64,000 nucleotides of DNA from Octopus sinensis (taxonomy: Eukaryota), in assembly GCF_006345805.1 (NCBI RefSeq), contig NC_042997.1:20522001-20586000 (forward strand). Reading direction: 5' to 3'. The position numbers were made by a program, and so were the translations under genes. The notes beneath the pieces are model-generated. The model searched no databases. It saw nothing but the letters and a program-made list of their open reading frames with translations, and was not told the DNA's origin. Shown piece by piece: positions 52,900-64,000 of this stretch (within the stretch, counting starts at the first letter, position 1; each line of letters starts with the position of its first letter).

Positions 52900-53355
52900 A
52901 TGGCCTACTGTGCTAACCTTGGATCATAGAATGACCCGCTGTACTTGAGGAGACCTACTGAGTCAAGTACCTCAAGACCAACATCAAAATAAAAATCAAA
53001 TGGAAATTGTAGTTAAGATATCCATGCCGGTGGCACATAAAAAGCACCATTCAAACGTTGCTGATGCCAGCGCTGCCTGACTGGTGCCCATGTCGGTAAC
53101 ACATAAAAAGCACCAACCAATCGTGGCCATTTGCCAGCCTCCTCTGGCACCTGTGCCGGTGGCACATAAAAAGCACCCACTACACTCACAGAGTGGTTGG
53201 CATTAGGAAGGGTATCCAGCTGTAGAAACACTGCCAGATCAGACTGAAGCCTGGCATAGCCTCCTGGCTTCCCAGACCATGGTTGAACTGTCCAGCCCAT
53301 GCTAGCATGGAAAATGGACGTTAAATGATGATGATGATGATGATGATGACGATGA
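52900..53355 (+). mobile_element. RTE-tail element
   Basis: Family match. Confidence 0.85.
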
Positions 53356-53599
53356 ATGGCATATACTCACTCCAGCTGTTCAGAATACAGGTTAGCATCG
53401 ATGGTTTAAGCATCCAGAACAATCTCATAATGAATTATACCCTTATAATTCCACCAGATGCAGAACATTACTGGATTTCAAATTTCCATTGTTTTGTGCC
53501 AGGGTCCAGAAATTGGCCCTTCCTTAAACACTGCTTATGCATGTTTGGAATGCAGAAAAATATCTCACTTGGATTACTACTTGTGCTTTAGTTGGCCCT

Positions 53600-53935
53600 C
53601 ATCATCATCATCATCATCGTTTAATGTCTGTTTTCCATGCTAGCATGGGTTGAATGATTCGACTGGGATCTGGGAAGCTAGGAGGCTGCACCAGGCTCCA
53701 GTCTGATCTAGCTGTGTTTCTACAGCTGGATGCCCTTCCTAACACCAACCACTCCATGAATATAGTGGGTGCTTTTTACGTGCCACCGGCACAGGTGCCA
53801 GGGGAGTCTGGCAGTGGCCATGATCAGTTAGTGTTTTTTATGTGCCACCAGCACAGAAGCCAGTCAAGGCGGCGCTGGCATCGGCCACCTTCGGATGGTG
53901 CTTTTTACATACCACCAGCACAGGTATCAAAACTA
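53600..53935 (-). mobile_element. RTE-tail element
   Basis: Family match. Confidence 0.85.
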
Positions 53936-54289
53936 CTGAATGTTGGAAATATTTTCTCAAATTCCCACACAACAGGACCAAATGAAACCACAACTCTGTG
54001 GTCGTGAAGCAAGCTTCTTAACCACAAAGTTGCTGTCATTTATAGAAATACATTTTATGTGTTGTATTTAAATCACATTTATAGATGTTCATTTCATGTA
54101 TTGAAATTACTTTGCGAACACAATTCTGATAGTGAAACTGGGTAACAGTATTGTGACAAAAATATTGACACCTCATAAATAAAATAAAAATACAAGTTTT
54201 GTCAACTTTTAGATGACTAAAATGACTCTCCTATAACATAAATACTTCAGTCAGTTTCAATGAATGATTTCAAATCAAGTCCTACTTAC

Positions 54290-55094
54290 CAGACATGTAA
54301 AACTCCAAACTTTCATATGCTGTTTTCATATAAAATGATTGCCAAAGTAGATTTATCAGAATTGGAAAATATACTGTAATTCAAATATATGACTCAGGGA
54401 ATTAGCTATGCTGATGCTAGTTCAGTGATGTCTGATAGTTTTCTTTTAAGTAATTTCTGAACGATGGTGACTGTACCAGATGTATTACTCTGATTTTCAA
54501 ACAATCGCACTAATGCCGTTGAAGGAGACATTTTAATAATAATGTAACTTAAGATCAGAATCAAATAACTGCACAAAATTGTTATGCAGAATTCCAAAGA
54601 AATTGCCATTTTCTGTGATAATGGTCACTGCAAATGCTCTACAGAAGAATATCTAATATTCCAGGAATTCGATTCTAAAAGCATGCAATATAAAAGGAGT
54701 TGAATATTTCTTTAGCAACCATAGAAATTTTCAGCAGTAAAATTTCCTTTGACAGAAAAAGAAAACTAGTTAATGTATGCATGGAAAATGCTAGAAAGTT
54801 AGAAGCAAGGGCAATTTCTGAATCAGTGACATATTTTTCCAATTTCCCCATTTCTGATCACCATAGACTAATACATCCTGTTTTCATCTGTTTCTCCCCC
54901 TTCCAAAATCTCTACCTGGATGTAACTATTTTCTAACAAATACACTGCAAAAACTCAATGAAATGTGTACCTTCCATTTCCTCTAAATTTCCGTCCTACC
55001 ATTTTTGGTGTTGCTTTAATCGGAATACTTCCTGCATTGCCAATCAACACTTATTTATCTTGCAGCAAAACTTCAGCCATTGCAATTACAATAT
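54290..55094 (-). pseudogene. Exon-like non-repetitive block, possibly a decayed P-element/THAP9-type transposase
   Basis: Bounded by a strong acceptor (ttttcttatttcAG) and donor (G|GTAAGT), but has stops in all frames. Weak collinear motifs: LASNFLAFSMHTLT, SICSD, KMSPSTAL..TSGTVTIV, FYMKTAYESLEF. Confidence 0.3.
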
Positions 55095-55109
55095 CTGAAA
55101 TAAGAAAAT

Positions 55110-55208
55110 TACATGTATACATACATACATACATACATACACACACATACACACACATACATGCACACACACATATATGTATTTATATATATCTATATAA
55201 ATAGATAG

Positions 55209-55243
<35 letters not shown>

Positions 55244-55530
55244 TATAGATATATATGTATACACAATTACACAGATATACACACATACATTTATTCTTAT
55301 TTCTATGTGTATTTGCGTGTATATATTTAGATAAATATATATATATAATATATATATATATATATAGATAGATAGATAGATAGATAGATATAGATAGATA
55401 GACAGATAGATAGACAGATAGATAGATAGATAGAGATAGATAGATATACACCTATGTACTCATACATATATACATACATGTGTATGTATGTGCGAACATG
55501 CACACACATATATATATACACACATCTCAC
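55110..55530. repeat. Compound (TACA)/(TA)/(GATA)n microsatellites
   Basis: Direct reading. Confidence 0.9.
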
Positions 55531-56390
55531 TCTCTCTATGTATGTGTGTGGTGGGAGGTTATATGTATGTATAAGTATAGCGTAACATATGCTCTTTCCA
55601 TTGTTATGAAGAGATGATCTACGTAGGTGTAAAGGCATACATAACATATATTGTTGTGTGTTTATTTCATTTATTTTATATTCATGCAAACATATATATG
55701 TATATCAAACAATACAGAAGAGTGAGAATATATGTGTTTTCAACCCACACACACACATGCAAGCATATATACAGCCATACTCAACAGCATGTATATGTAT
55801 GTATGTCCATGCACACATATTCGTCTATAGTCACACTTTAATTTTTGTTTATTTGCTTATTTGCATAGTTATAAGAATGTTCTTGATATCATTTCTTACA
55901 TTGTTTACAACACAAAAGCAGCTCTGTCTCATGAAATGAACAAGAAAATTAAGTTATAGAACTCAACAGACAGCTTAATTTAAAAGCAAAATATTTGAAA
56001 CCTTTCACATAGTGTTTCACTAATGAACTCAAATCGTGAAATTTATCTTCATAGTTTTTGTTTCTTATAAATATATTTTAGAATCCTAATTGCATTCAGA
56101 TCATTATATCAACATTTTATATTATTACAACTATGTCTCACACTTTAAACTCTCATCATCATCATCAACATTGTCACTGTTTTAACTATACCTGTGTGAA
56201 GTAGGTGACAGTATGTTGAGGCCTAGTTTTCTGTGACTGGATGCCCTTTCTATTGTCAACCTCTACTTTACTTGCTTCCAAGTGAGGTAATATTATTTCA
56301 GTGTTACAAATAACAAACAGACTGGACCTGTTTTTAGATGGAAAGCTGGAAAACAGTAAATATGAACTCACTTGCACAAAGACATACATG

Positions 56391-56430
<40 letters not shown>

Positions 56431-57474
56431 AACAGACAAAGAGACAGAGAGACAGATGGGTAGATATGCTTCTATTCTTTTACTTGTTTCAGTAATTTGA
56501 CTGCTACCAATCTGGAGCACCAAGATTGGTAGTTGGGATGTAGTTAACACAAATTCACATTTGAAACTTGAGAAAAGTCTTGCATATTTTTACTGTTCCA
56601 CTTACAGACTGCACTTGTAATGAACGAGTTAGCTGGTCAATTTCTCTTTCTGAAAATCCCAGTTTATCCAGATTCTCCTTTTAACATTTACTAACAAAAC
56701 CTAGTGCTCCAATTATTATTGATATGAATATGTATATATGTATGTTTGTATATATGAGTGTATGTATGTATTTACCACAGCTGTCCAACTAACAGGAATA
56801 TGAAACTCTAAGGAAGAGTCCTGTGATAATTTTGCAGCTTTAATAAAACTATATTACTCTACCACTGGTATTCAAGTATTATTTTTTTCCACCTCGTTTT
56901 GCACTTGTGTGCTCACCTGCGTGTGTATGTGTGTGTGCGTGTGTGTGTGTGTGTGTGTATTTGTATACATGTGTGTATGTAGTTATATATGTCTGCAAAA
57001 AATGTATATGAATGACAGAGACAGTTTTAATTCCAAGAAGTAATACTTATCCCCACTTAAACATAGATGTTCTGTGAGAACAAATTATACTGCACTAAAT
57101 ATCATGACAGAAATTCTCATATTGGCTTTTGGTGTAAAATGCACTCTTGTTTATATCACTAGCAGGGAGACAAATTTCTGCCAGCTCCCTTGGTGAGCCC
57201 ACCAAATCAGGTGATTTCAATCTTCCTTGATTTCATCAATGATGAATGCTTGAACACTAGAGACAGCAATGTCTCATCTCACTGCCAGCAATATATAGAA
57301 AAACAGCAGTTGAACAGGCACTGGTGTCACGATTAGCCAGTGAGTTTGTTAAAAAAAACATATATTAGTGACAGAAGCAGTATTGATATCAAGAAGTAAA
57401 ATTTATCACCACTTAAACAAGGATATTCTGTTAGATCAGACTATAATGCAGCAGATACCGTGAGAATATGTATA

Positions 57475-57665
57475 TCATCATCATCATCATCATCAATATT
57501 AAGCATTTGTTTCCCATGTTGGCATAGGTTGGACAGTTTGATAGGGGCTCTCTAGGCAGAAGACTGCACCAAGCTCCACTGTCTGTTTTGGCAGGGTCTT
57601 TACAGCTGGTTGCCCTTCCTAACACCAACCACCTTTCAGAGTGGACTGAGTGCTTTTTACATGAC
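57475..57665 (-). mobile_element. RTE-tail fragment, diverged
   Basis: Family motifs. Confidence 0.65.
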
Positions 57666-58167
57666 ATATATATATAGTGGGTTCTTCCTTTAGCTTTGAC
57701 ATCAGCAGGTCCCACAATCAATAGCCATTAGACTGCCTATGCAGATGATTGATTTTTCAGTGGAGAAGTCTTATGTAAGATGAACCACACTTTTTGGAGA
57801 TGCTGATAGCAAGCAATCAGTGCAAATGTTTGCCACAAACAAAATGAACCACATATTTCAAGCTTTTCTATAAGAATTATCCATCATTTGGGCTAGTTGC
57901 CTTCTCCATGGTTCAGTCTAACCCTGTGATTCTCAAAGTGGGCAGTACTGTTCCCCTATGTGCAACAGAAAGATCAAGAGGGTGTTGAAGAAAAGTGGGG
58001 TGGCCAAAAGAGGACAATGGATGTAACAACCCACATACCCATCCCAAAAACATAGGTTAATTGGTTAAAAGTTTTATTTGTGAAATTTTTTTTTTGAATT
58101 TGCTGCAGAAAGTGGTCTACATTTATGATGCTGAGTAGGTGAGAGGGTAGCGCTAAGAATATACATA

Positions 58168-58372
58168 CATGTGCCGGTGGCACGTAAAAAGAGCCCACTA
58201 CACTCACGGAGTGGTTGGCGTTAGGAAGGGCATCCAGCTGTAGAAACACTGTCAGATCAGACTGGAGGCTGGTGCAGCCTCCTGGCTTCCCAGACCCCGG
58301 TCGAACCGTCCAACCCGTGCTAGCACGGAAAACGGACGTTAAACGATGATGATGATGATGATGATGATGATG
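58168..58372 (+). mobile_element. RTE-tail element (short, young)
   Basis: Family match and (GAT)n tail. Confidence 0.85.
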
Positions 58373-58774
58373 ACACACACACTTACATATCTATAGCTGA
58401 AAGGAACAGAATACAGAAAACAAGTTATTGACATTTTAGATATTTCATTACTTATCACTTCCCAATTATTTTTCACTTAAGCTACATTTTCTTTCTTGGT
58501 TGAAGCTTGATTCTTTTGCAATATATTACATTAGGCTTCAGAATTCAATATATTTCTTCTGATGAAATGATCTGTGATTGATTTGAATGATTATTGAAAT
58601 GTATGTAACAAAATATCTTAAACATTAATAACTGTTTCTGTCTTTTGCTCCTTTTATTTTTATACAGATCTTGTTACTATGTTTTCATCTGAGTCCATGT
58701 CAATGATGCATCATAGAATGCATATAGGATTCGGAGTTTAGTGAAACCTAATTCCCGTGGTAACTTGTTACACA

Positions 58775-59000
58775 TTTATCACCTCGAGAGGGGCTTTCTC
58801 CGTCCGGGTTGCGGATCCGTGGAACAAGCTGCCAGACGAGATGGTGAAGATGCCGACGACTGCTAGGTTCAAAGTCTCCCTTGACCTCAAGTGGCCTGAA
58901 CTCTTTACATGAACACCACCCTGTACATAACTCCGAGTCCCCTTACATGGCCTTACTTTTTGCTTTTTGAGCCAAAAAATTAACAAACTAACTAACTAAC
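58775..59000 (+). mobile_element. CR1-type LINE 3' end
   Basis: AFSVRVADPWNKLPDEMVKMPTTARFKVSLDLKWPELFT*, a short UTR and a (CTAA)n tail. Confidence 0.85.
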
Positions 59001-59007
59001 ACATATA

Positions 59008-59220
59008 AAGGTGGCAAGCTGCCAGAATCATTACCACCCCAGGGAAATAACAGCATTTCTTCCAACTTTATATTCTGACTTAGAATGCTGCCCGGGTCAA
59101 CTTTGCTTTTCATCCTTTCAGGGTCGATAAAATAAGTACCAGTTGAGTATTGGAGTCAATATAATTAAATTACCCACACCCATGGAATTGCTGGCCTTGT
59201 GCCAAAACTTGAAACCAACT
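59008..59220 (+). mobile_element. SINE family B, diverged
   Basis: Family match. Confidence 0.7.
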
Positions 59221-59299
59221 ATATACATAAATATATGCATACATATACATTACACACAAGTACAAACATACATACATGCATATATGTAAATGTATGAGA

Positions 59300-59351
<52 letters not shown>

Positions 59352-59384
59352 ATGTGTATTTCTGTGTATGTATATAAATATATA

Positions 59385-60822
59385 TCTATATATATAAAAC
59401 TGTAGTTGTGTGAGTGTCTGTCCCCTTCGATTTAGATTCCTAACTACTCCCACATTTTGCGGTGCAGTTTAATCAAATTCAGGTATCTTATAGTCGTGAT
59501 TCATATCGAGCCCGTCTGGCTATTAGCGCACGTCTACAATGAGTCTACGATTTTAAAAATAATTTAACATCATTTTTTATTCCATTTTAATGCATATTTT
59601 TTCGTGTGTCGATGGCGGCGGAGTTGGCATCCACGCTCACAGCAGCACCTGTTTGCTTCTCCCCTTCTTCCCTCCCTCATGAAGCTGTGGGGAAGGGAGT
59701 GTAAGGAAATCAACGTCGTAAAGCGTTGTCAAGGAGACCAGCATTCTTTTAGAACAACGACTTCATGGCTTGAAGACACTGAGTCAACGATTTAAAAATA
59801 AAATTACCATCATTTTTTATTCCATTTTTAATGCATTTTTTTTGCTATAACTCTCTAAAAATGCTTATATAGTTATTTCCCTTACAAACCCGAGCAACGC
59901 CGGTCGATACTGCTAGTATATCTATATATATAAAACTGTAGTTGTGTGAGTGTCTGTCCCCTTCGATTTAGATTCCTAACTACTCCCACATTTTGCGGTG
60001 CAGTTTAACCAAATTTGGGTATTCATATCGAGCCCGTCTGTGTATTAGCGCGCGTATACGATGAGTCTACGATTTTAAAAATAATTTAACATCATTTTTT
60101 ATTCCATTTTAATGCATATTTTTTCGTGTGTCGATGGCGGCGGAGTTGGCGTCCATGCTCACATCTGCACCTGTGTTGCTTCTCCCCCTTCTTCCCTCCC
60201 TCGTGAAGCTGTTGGGAAGGGAGTGTAGGGAAATCAACGTCGTAATGCGTTGTCAAGGAGACCAGCGTTCTTTTAGAACAACGACTTCATGCCTTGAAGT
60301 CGCCAAAACAGAAATCGATAAAAAAGCTGAAACAGATCCACAAAAACAGCAAAAACCGCCACACAGGGCAGGTTTCCTGTGAAAAACAATTTGCTCAACC
60401 GAATGTTTTAGTTGTTGCACAAATCTTTATATATAAAAGTAAGGTTGTGTGTCTGTCTCCTACGATTTAGATTCCTAACTACTCCCACATTTTGCGGTGC
60501 AGTGTAACCAAAACCGGGTATCTTATAGTCGTGATTCATATCGAGCCCTCCTGGGTATTAGCGCGCGTCTATGATGAGTCTACGATTTAAAAAAAAATTT
60601 ACCATCATTTTTTATTCCATTTTAATGCAATTTTTGCTATTATATAAGGGAAGTAACTCTCTAAAAATGTCTACGATGAGTCAACGATTTAAAAAAAAAA
60701 TTACCATCATTTTTTATTCCACTTTTAATGCATTTTTTGCTATTTTTTTGCTATAACTCACTAAAAATGCTTATATAGTTATTTCCCTTACAAACCCGAG
60801 CAACGCTGGGTGATACTGCTAG
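59385..60822 (+). mobile_element. Head-to-tail cluster of three non-autonomous Helitron-like units (59385-59916, 59921-60423, 60424-60822)
   Basis: 5' TC starts after A, 3' cccgagcaacgcYgg hairpin followed by CTAG then T at 59916 and 60822, no TSD, shared 5' ~200 bp. Confidence 0.85.
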
Positions 60823-60999
60823 TATATATATTAATCAAAGGTAAAAAATAACAAATGGAAATTGTCAAAACATAGCAAGCAGGAAAAGGATGATAGCATA
60901 ACAATGGCAGACAGGACAAAACATGATATACGAATCATTCGCAACCAATTGCTTCTTTAGTCGGAGTTGGGAATGTCCACAGAGAAAGAGTGAGAGAGA

Positions 61000-61017
61000 G
61001 AAAGAGAGATAGAGGCC

Positions 61018-61094
<77 letters not shown>

Positions 61095-61105
61095 CAGACA
61101 GATAA

Positions 61106-61138
<33 letters not shown>

Positions 61139-61140
61139 TA
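61000..61140. repeat. (GATA)n/(GA)n microsatellite
   Basis: Direct reading. Confidence 0.95.
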
Positions 61141-61463
61141 ATTCTGCAGCTGCATAAGTCTGCATAATTCTGCTGCTGCAATTAATTGAGAGCAGACACC
61201 CATTCTTCATTCTTAACACTCAATCATATCTATTTTTACAACTAGCTCTCCCTACTTTTCTTGACCACTTCTTACATTCCTGTACCACTGACCAGTTTCC
61301 TTCCTAATACTATGTCTCTCACCCACTTTCTCTTTCTCATTGTCTTACAACTTTTAACCACTCATTCTCACCTATCAGCCTCCTTTTTCTCATTATTTTA
61401 TATCATACTATAGTTATATGGCATAATTTTAACTATATAATCATTATCCACTTATATGATTTA

Positions 61464-62014
61464 TTGGGTTGTCTGATTTTTAAAGGAAAGAAAAAAAAAT
61501 CAAGAAATACCTGCCATTACATTTTTAATCAACCAAATATGAACCATTTTGTTGCTCAATATGTCTCCATCTTTCTGTTAACTTGAAAATACTCTCTTCT
61601 CAGAATTGAGGTGGTTTCATGGCAAAGAATTCAAGGTATCTTTTTATGTCATTCAAGGAATTGAAATTTTTACCATTATGACCATTCTGCAGAGACCTGA
61701 ATAAGTGGAAATCCAAAGGAGCAATATCTGGTGAATATGGAGGATGAGGTAACACATCTCAGCCAAGCTGCAGCAATTTTTGTCTGGTTCGCAAAGCATC
61801 AAGTGCCGAAAATGAACTTTCTTATCTTCCATTTTAAAGGGTTACAGAATTAACACAGGTTATAGGAACATAAACCTTCTTCCACGAAAAGACAGCTTAA
61901 ACTGTGCTCTAAATGGAGGTGTAGTCAAATCCTATTTTATGGCCTCAACCATGTTCTAAAATAAGTCGAAAGGTAAGCTACTATAAATCGGCACAAACTT
62001 TCCGGACAACCCAA
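61464..62014 (-). mobile_element. Internally deleted mariner (third subfamily)
   Basis: TIR ends ttgggttgtc / gacaacccaa with TA TSDs; remnant HPPYSPDIAPLDFHLFRSLQN. Confidence 0.88.
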
Positions 62015-62261
62015 TATTTTGCTGCTCTTCTCTCTTTTTTATCGCAGCTTATCACTTTCCCAAAACCACTTAGTACCCTTTGAAGGGCATCCAGATGTAG
62101 AAACCATGCCAACACAGACTTTGAAATTTAACACAATCTTCTGATTTGTAAGTTCCTGTCGAAGTGCCCAACTCTAGTCCACATTTAGTGGACATACATA
62201 TACACATGCTTAAGCACTTACTTACACATATATGCACACTTTGGAAATAGTAATAAATGAA

Positions 62262-62485
62262 AAGGGTGGCAAGCTTGCAGAATCATTAGCATGCCAGGCG
62301 AAACATAATCTGCTGTTATGTTCTGAGTTCAAATACCACCAAGGTCGCCTTTGTCTTTCATCTTTTCGGGGTCAATTAGACAAGTACCGGTTGCACACAG
62401 GGGTCGATGTAATTAACTTAATCCCTTTGTCTGTCCTTGTTTGTCCCCTCTATGTTTAGCCCCCTGTGGGAAATAAAGAAATAAA
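62262..62485 (+). mobile_element. SINE family B
   Basis: Family match, flanked by a repeated aataaatgaaa. Confidence 0.8.
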
Positions 62486-62719
62486 TGGCAATAAATGAAA
62501 GAGAAACTATGAATGCTATAAAATAGAGTATTAATTTAATTTGGTCATGTGACACCAATACTTGCACCTGTTTTGATCCCACTCCATGTCACCTTGGATA
62601 AAATATCTTCTATTAAGTTGACAAAAACTTTCTCTCTCTCTCCTCCCCTCTTTCTCCTCTCTCCATCTCTCTCTCTCTCTCTCTCTTTAAATATATATAT
62701 ATATATATATGTAGTTGAA

Positions 62720-62845
62720 ATTTACAGGAAAACGAAAGAGGAAGACAGGTGTATAAACAACATACAGGTGTATTAGTTTAACGCCCGGGAAGGTGAGAAA
62801 ATCTTTTAAGTTTCAAGCCTATGCTCTTCAACAGAAAGGAACAGG
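62720..62845 (-). mobile_element. PLE pLTR fragment with variant hammerhead (62803-62838)
   Basis: CTTT-CTGTTGA-A-GAGC-ATAG-GCTT-GAAA-CT-TA^AAAG, next to (TA)n. Confidence 0.55.
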
Positions 62846-63444
62846 AGGTGATATATATAGCTAGATAGAAAGAGAGAGAGGGAGAGGGATTGGTGCAGTC
62901 ATTTGGCTTGTCAAACCATCCAGCCCACGCCAGCATGGAAAATGACCAGTAACTGATGATGATGATGATGTATGTATATGTGTGTGCATGTATAAACACA
63001 CTTGCATATATATATATATATATATATGCGTATGTGTGAGTGTGTTAGTGTGTGTGTATGTATGTATGGCCATACCTATTTGCTTACACATATTTGTATA
63101 TTAATTACACAAACACACGTGAGGGGCAATATCCTATTTTTTTTAGTCAGAATTTGACACTTTGAAACAAATATCCATCCATTAACTTTCTCCAGCTCTT
63201 TATGAATTCCATAAAATTTTTTTTATACCTTTTATGCTAGCATTCCAAGCTGCTGTGCTCCCTAAAATGGAAGGTCACACTTAATCTAATAGCCTCTAAT
63301 ATACTTAACTTAGCAGTCCGCACAAAAATGTTGGATCCCCCTTTCAAGGCTAGAAAACATTAGAAAATGTACCTGTAATGTTATGCAATACATTATATGC
63401 TATCAAAAGCATATTTATAGTGATACTCCTACCACACTTGCATT

Positions 63445-63885
63445 CATCATCATCATCATCATCATCATCATCGTTATCATCGTTTAATGTCCGTTTTCCA
63501 TGCTAGCATGGGTTGGATGGTTCAACTGGGGTCTGGGAAGCCAGGAGGCTGCGTCAAGTTCCAGTCTGATCTAGCAGTGTTTCTACAGCTGGATGCCCTT
63601 CCTAACGCCAACCACTCCGTGAGTGTTGTGGGTGCTTTTTACGTGCCACTGGCACAGGGACCAGATGAGGCTGGCAAACGGTCACAAACGGTTGATGCTT
63701 TTTATGTTTCACCGACACAAATGCTAGTCAGGCAGCACTGGCATCAGCCACGTTTGGATGGTGCTTTTTACGTGCCAATTGCACGGGTATCTTAACTACA
63801 ATTTCCATTAGATTTTGATTTTGATGTTGGTGTTGACATACTTGACTCAATAGGTTTCCTCAAGCACAGTGGGTCACTCTATGCT
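63445..63885 (-). mobile_element. RTE-tail element
   Basis: Family match. Confidence 0.85.
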
Positions 63886-63968
63886 ACAGTAAATACTAAA
63901 GATAAAAATGTAACCTATAAAGGGTTTTCCTTTGTCAATATGTTATAATCGCTTCTTGTTGAATTGTG

Positions 63969-64000
<32 letters not shown>

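Noticed and set aside
58668-58760. Possible + strand exon after a strong polypyrimidine/AG
   Set aside because: Stops in all three frames and only a weak donor.
63120-63340. Fourth mariner fragment
   Set aside because: No clear TIR pair or transposase motif.
1-64000. Track ORFs rich in YI/CV/HT/LS/MMM runs and the recurring LQLDALPNANH ORFs
   Set aside because: They are translations of microsatellites or of the antisense strand of the RTE-tail repeat, not genes.

Overview
AT-rich, repeat-saturated eukaryotic non-coding DNA (intergenic or deep intronic). The repeat families and microsatellite load resemble an octopus/coleoid cephalopod genome; this is an inference. I found no intact protein-coding gene, and nearly all track ORFs are microsatellite or repeat read-through. 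Contents: decayed RTE, R4/Dong (RLE) and CR1/L2-type LINE pieces; three tRNA-derived SINE families; an abundant non-autonomous RTE-tail family with internal modular arrays; three mariner copies; a head-to-tail Helitron-like cluster; and many Penelope-like element (PLE) insertions. The most notable signal is that the PLE insertions are fold-back structures carrying type-I hammerhead ribozyme (HHR) motifs from at least five unrelated families. They include (i) a TSD-bounded palindromic element that joins a tRNA-like Pol III head to an HHR-bearing Penelope terminal repeat, a candidate PLE-mobilised SINE/retrozyme whose putative autonomous partner (Poseidon-type RT) lies in the same window, and (ii) Naiad-type elements, one of which has HHRs on both sides of an endonuclease-only body.
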